A stretch of 64,000 nucleotides of DNA, taken from assembly GCF_963921235.1 (NCBI RefSeq), contig NC_086100.1, positions 202,060,001 through 202,124,000 on the forward strand. Reading direction: 5' to 3'. The notes beneath the pieces are model-generated. The model was not told the DNA's origin and searched no databases. It saw nothing but the letters and a program-made list of their open reading frames with translations. This stretch comes from Mobula hypostoma (taxonomy: Eukaryota). Below, piece after piece: positions 62,701 through 64,000 of this stretch; position 1 is the first letter of the stretch, and the number at the start of each line of letters is the position of its first letter. Position numbers and translations under genes: made by a program.

Positions 62701-63486
62701 AAGTGTGAGGTATTGCCTGTTGGAAGGACAAACCAATGTAGAACATACAGGGTTAATGGTAAGGCACTGAGGAGTGCAGTGGAACAGAGGGATCTGGGAA
62801 TACAGATACAAAATTCCCTAAAAGTGGCATCACAGGTTGATAGGGTCGTAAAGAGAGCTTTTGGTACATTGGCCTTTATTAATCAAAGTATTGAGTATAA
62901 GAGCTGGAATGTTATGATGAGGTTGTATAAGGCATTGGTGAGGCCGAATCTGGAGTATTGTGTTCAGTTTTGGTCGCCAAATTACAGGAAGGATATAAAT
63001 AAGGTTGAAAGAGTGCAGAGAAGGTTTACAAGGATGTTGTCGGGACTTGAGAAACTCAGTTACAGAGAAAGGTTGAATAGGTTAGGACTTTATTCCCTGG
63101 AGCGTAGAAGAATGAGGGGAGATTTGATAGAGGTATATAAAATTATGATGGGTATTCATAGAGTGAATGCAAGCAGGCTTTTTCCTCTGAGGCAAGGGGA
63201 GAAAAAAACCAGAGGACATGGGTTAAGGGTGAGGGGGAAAAGTTTAAAGGGAACATTAGGGGGGGCTTCTTCACGCAGAGAGTGGTGGGAGTATGGAATG
63301 AGCTGCCAGACAAGGTGGTAAATGCGGGTTCTTTTTTAACATTTAAGAATAAATTGGACAGATACATGGATGGGAGGTGTATGGAGGGATATGGTCCGTG
63401 TGCAAGTCAGTGGGACTAGGCAGAAAATGGTTCGGCACAGCCAAGAAGGGCCAAAAGGCCTGTTTCTGTGCTGTAGTTTCTATGGT
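59730..63486 (+). mobile_element. Near full-length CR1 LINE with several frameshifts
   Basis: ORF1 esterase 59947-60518; EN from 60521; RT ORF 61825..63321 (QGSVLGP, KFADD); 3' UTR ends ttctatgg. Confidence 0.93.
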
Positions 63487-63761
63487 CATACTTTATTGAT
63501 CCCGGGGGAAATTGGTTTTCGTTACAGTTGCACCATAAATAATAAATAGTAATAGAACCATAAATAGTTAAATAGTAATATGTAAATTATGCCAGGAAAT
63601 AAGTCCAGGACCAGCCTATTGGCTCAAGGTGTCTGACCCTCCAAGGGAGGAGTTGTAAAGTTTGATGGCCACAGGCAGGAATGACTTCCTATGACGCTCT
63701 GTGTTGCATCTCGGTGGAATGAGTCTCTGGCTGAATGTACTCCTGTGCCCACCCAATCCAT
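63487..63761 (-). mobile_element. Rex1/Babar 3' fragment
   Basis: RCNTERHRKSFLPVAIKLYN motif. Confidence 0.7.
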
Positions 63762-64000
63762 TATAGAAACATAGAAAATAGGTGCAGGAGTAGGCCATTC
63801 GGCCCTTCGAGCCTGCACCGCCATTTATTATGATCATAGAAACATAGAAAATAGGTGCAGGAGTAGGCCATTCGGCCCTTCGAGCCTGCACCACCATTTA
63901 TTATGATCATGGCTGATCATCCAACTCAGAACCCCGCCCCAGCCTTCCCTCCATACCCCCTGATCCCCGTAGCCACAAGGGCCATATCTAACTCCCTCTT
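63762..64000 (-). mobile_element. Young CR1 3' end with a duplicated 3'-terminal ~75 bp
   Basis: Nearly identical to 14557-14730; the terminal unit occurs twice in tandem. Confidence 0.9.

Overview
Vertebrate genomic DNA, most likely from a cartilaginous fish (ray or shark), inferred from the repeat repertoire. Most of the window is nested transposable elements: many CR1 LINEs with an SGNH-esterase ORF1, a near-intact Penelope element with hammerhead motifs, two L1s, an RTE-clade LINE, Rex1/Babar fragments, a tRNA/CORE SINE, a solo LTR, and hAT, Tigger, Tc1 and PIF/Harbinger DNA elements. One host gene runs through it on the minus strand, a PCED1/FAM113 (PC-esterase domain) gene, with four well-supported exons at 45014-48416; its first coding exon was not found. 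Most unusual observations: (1) a ~590-bp RTE head+tail mini-element carrying a 172-bp circularly permuted piece of CYHR1/ZFTRAF1 coding sequence, which suggests capture of a circular intermediate; (2) a minisatellite downstream of PCED1 whose units look like AG/GT-bounded, frame-compatible 63-nt mini-exons; (3) a tandemly duplicated candidate PCED1 exon; (4) a palindromic Penelope-derived double-hammerhead insert with a TSD; (5) a 3'-truncated L1 with a 17-bp TSD. Family and gene calls come from motif recognition and remembered protein sequences; no database searches were run.
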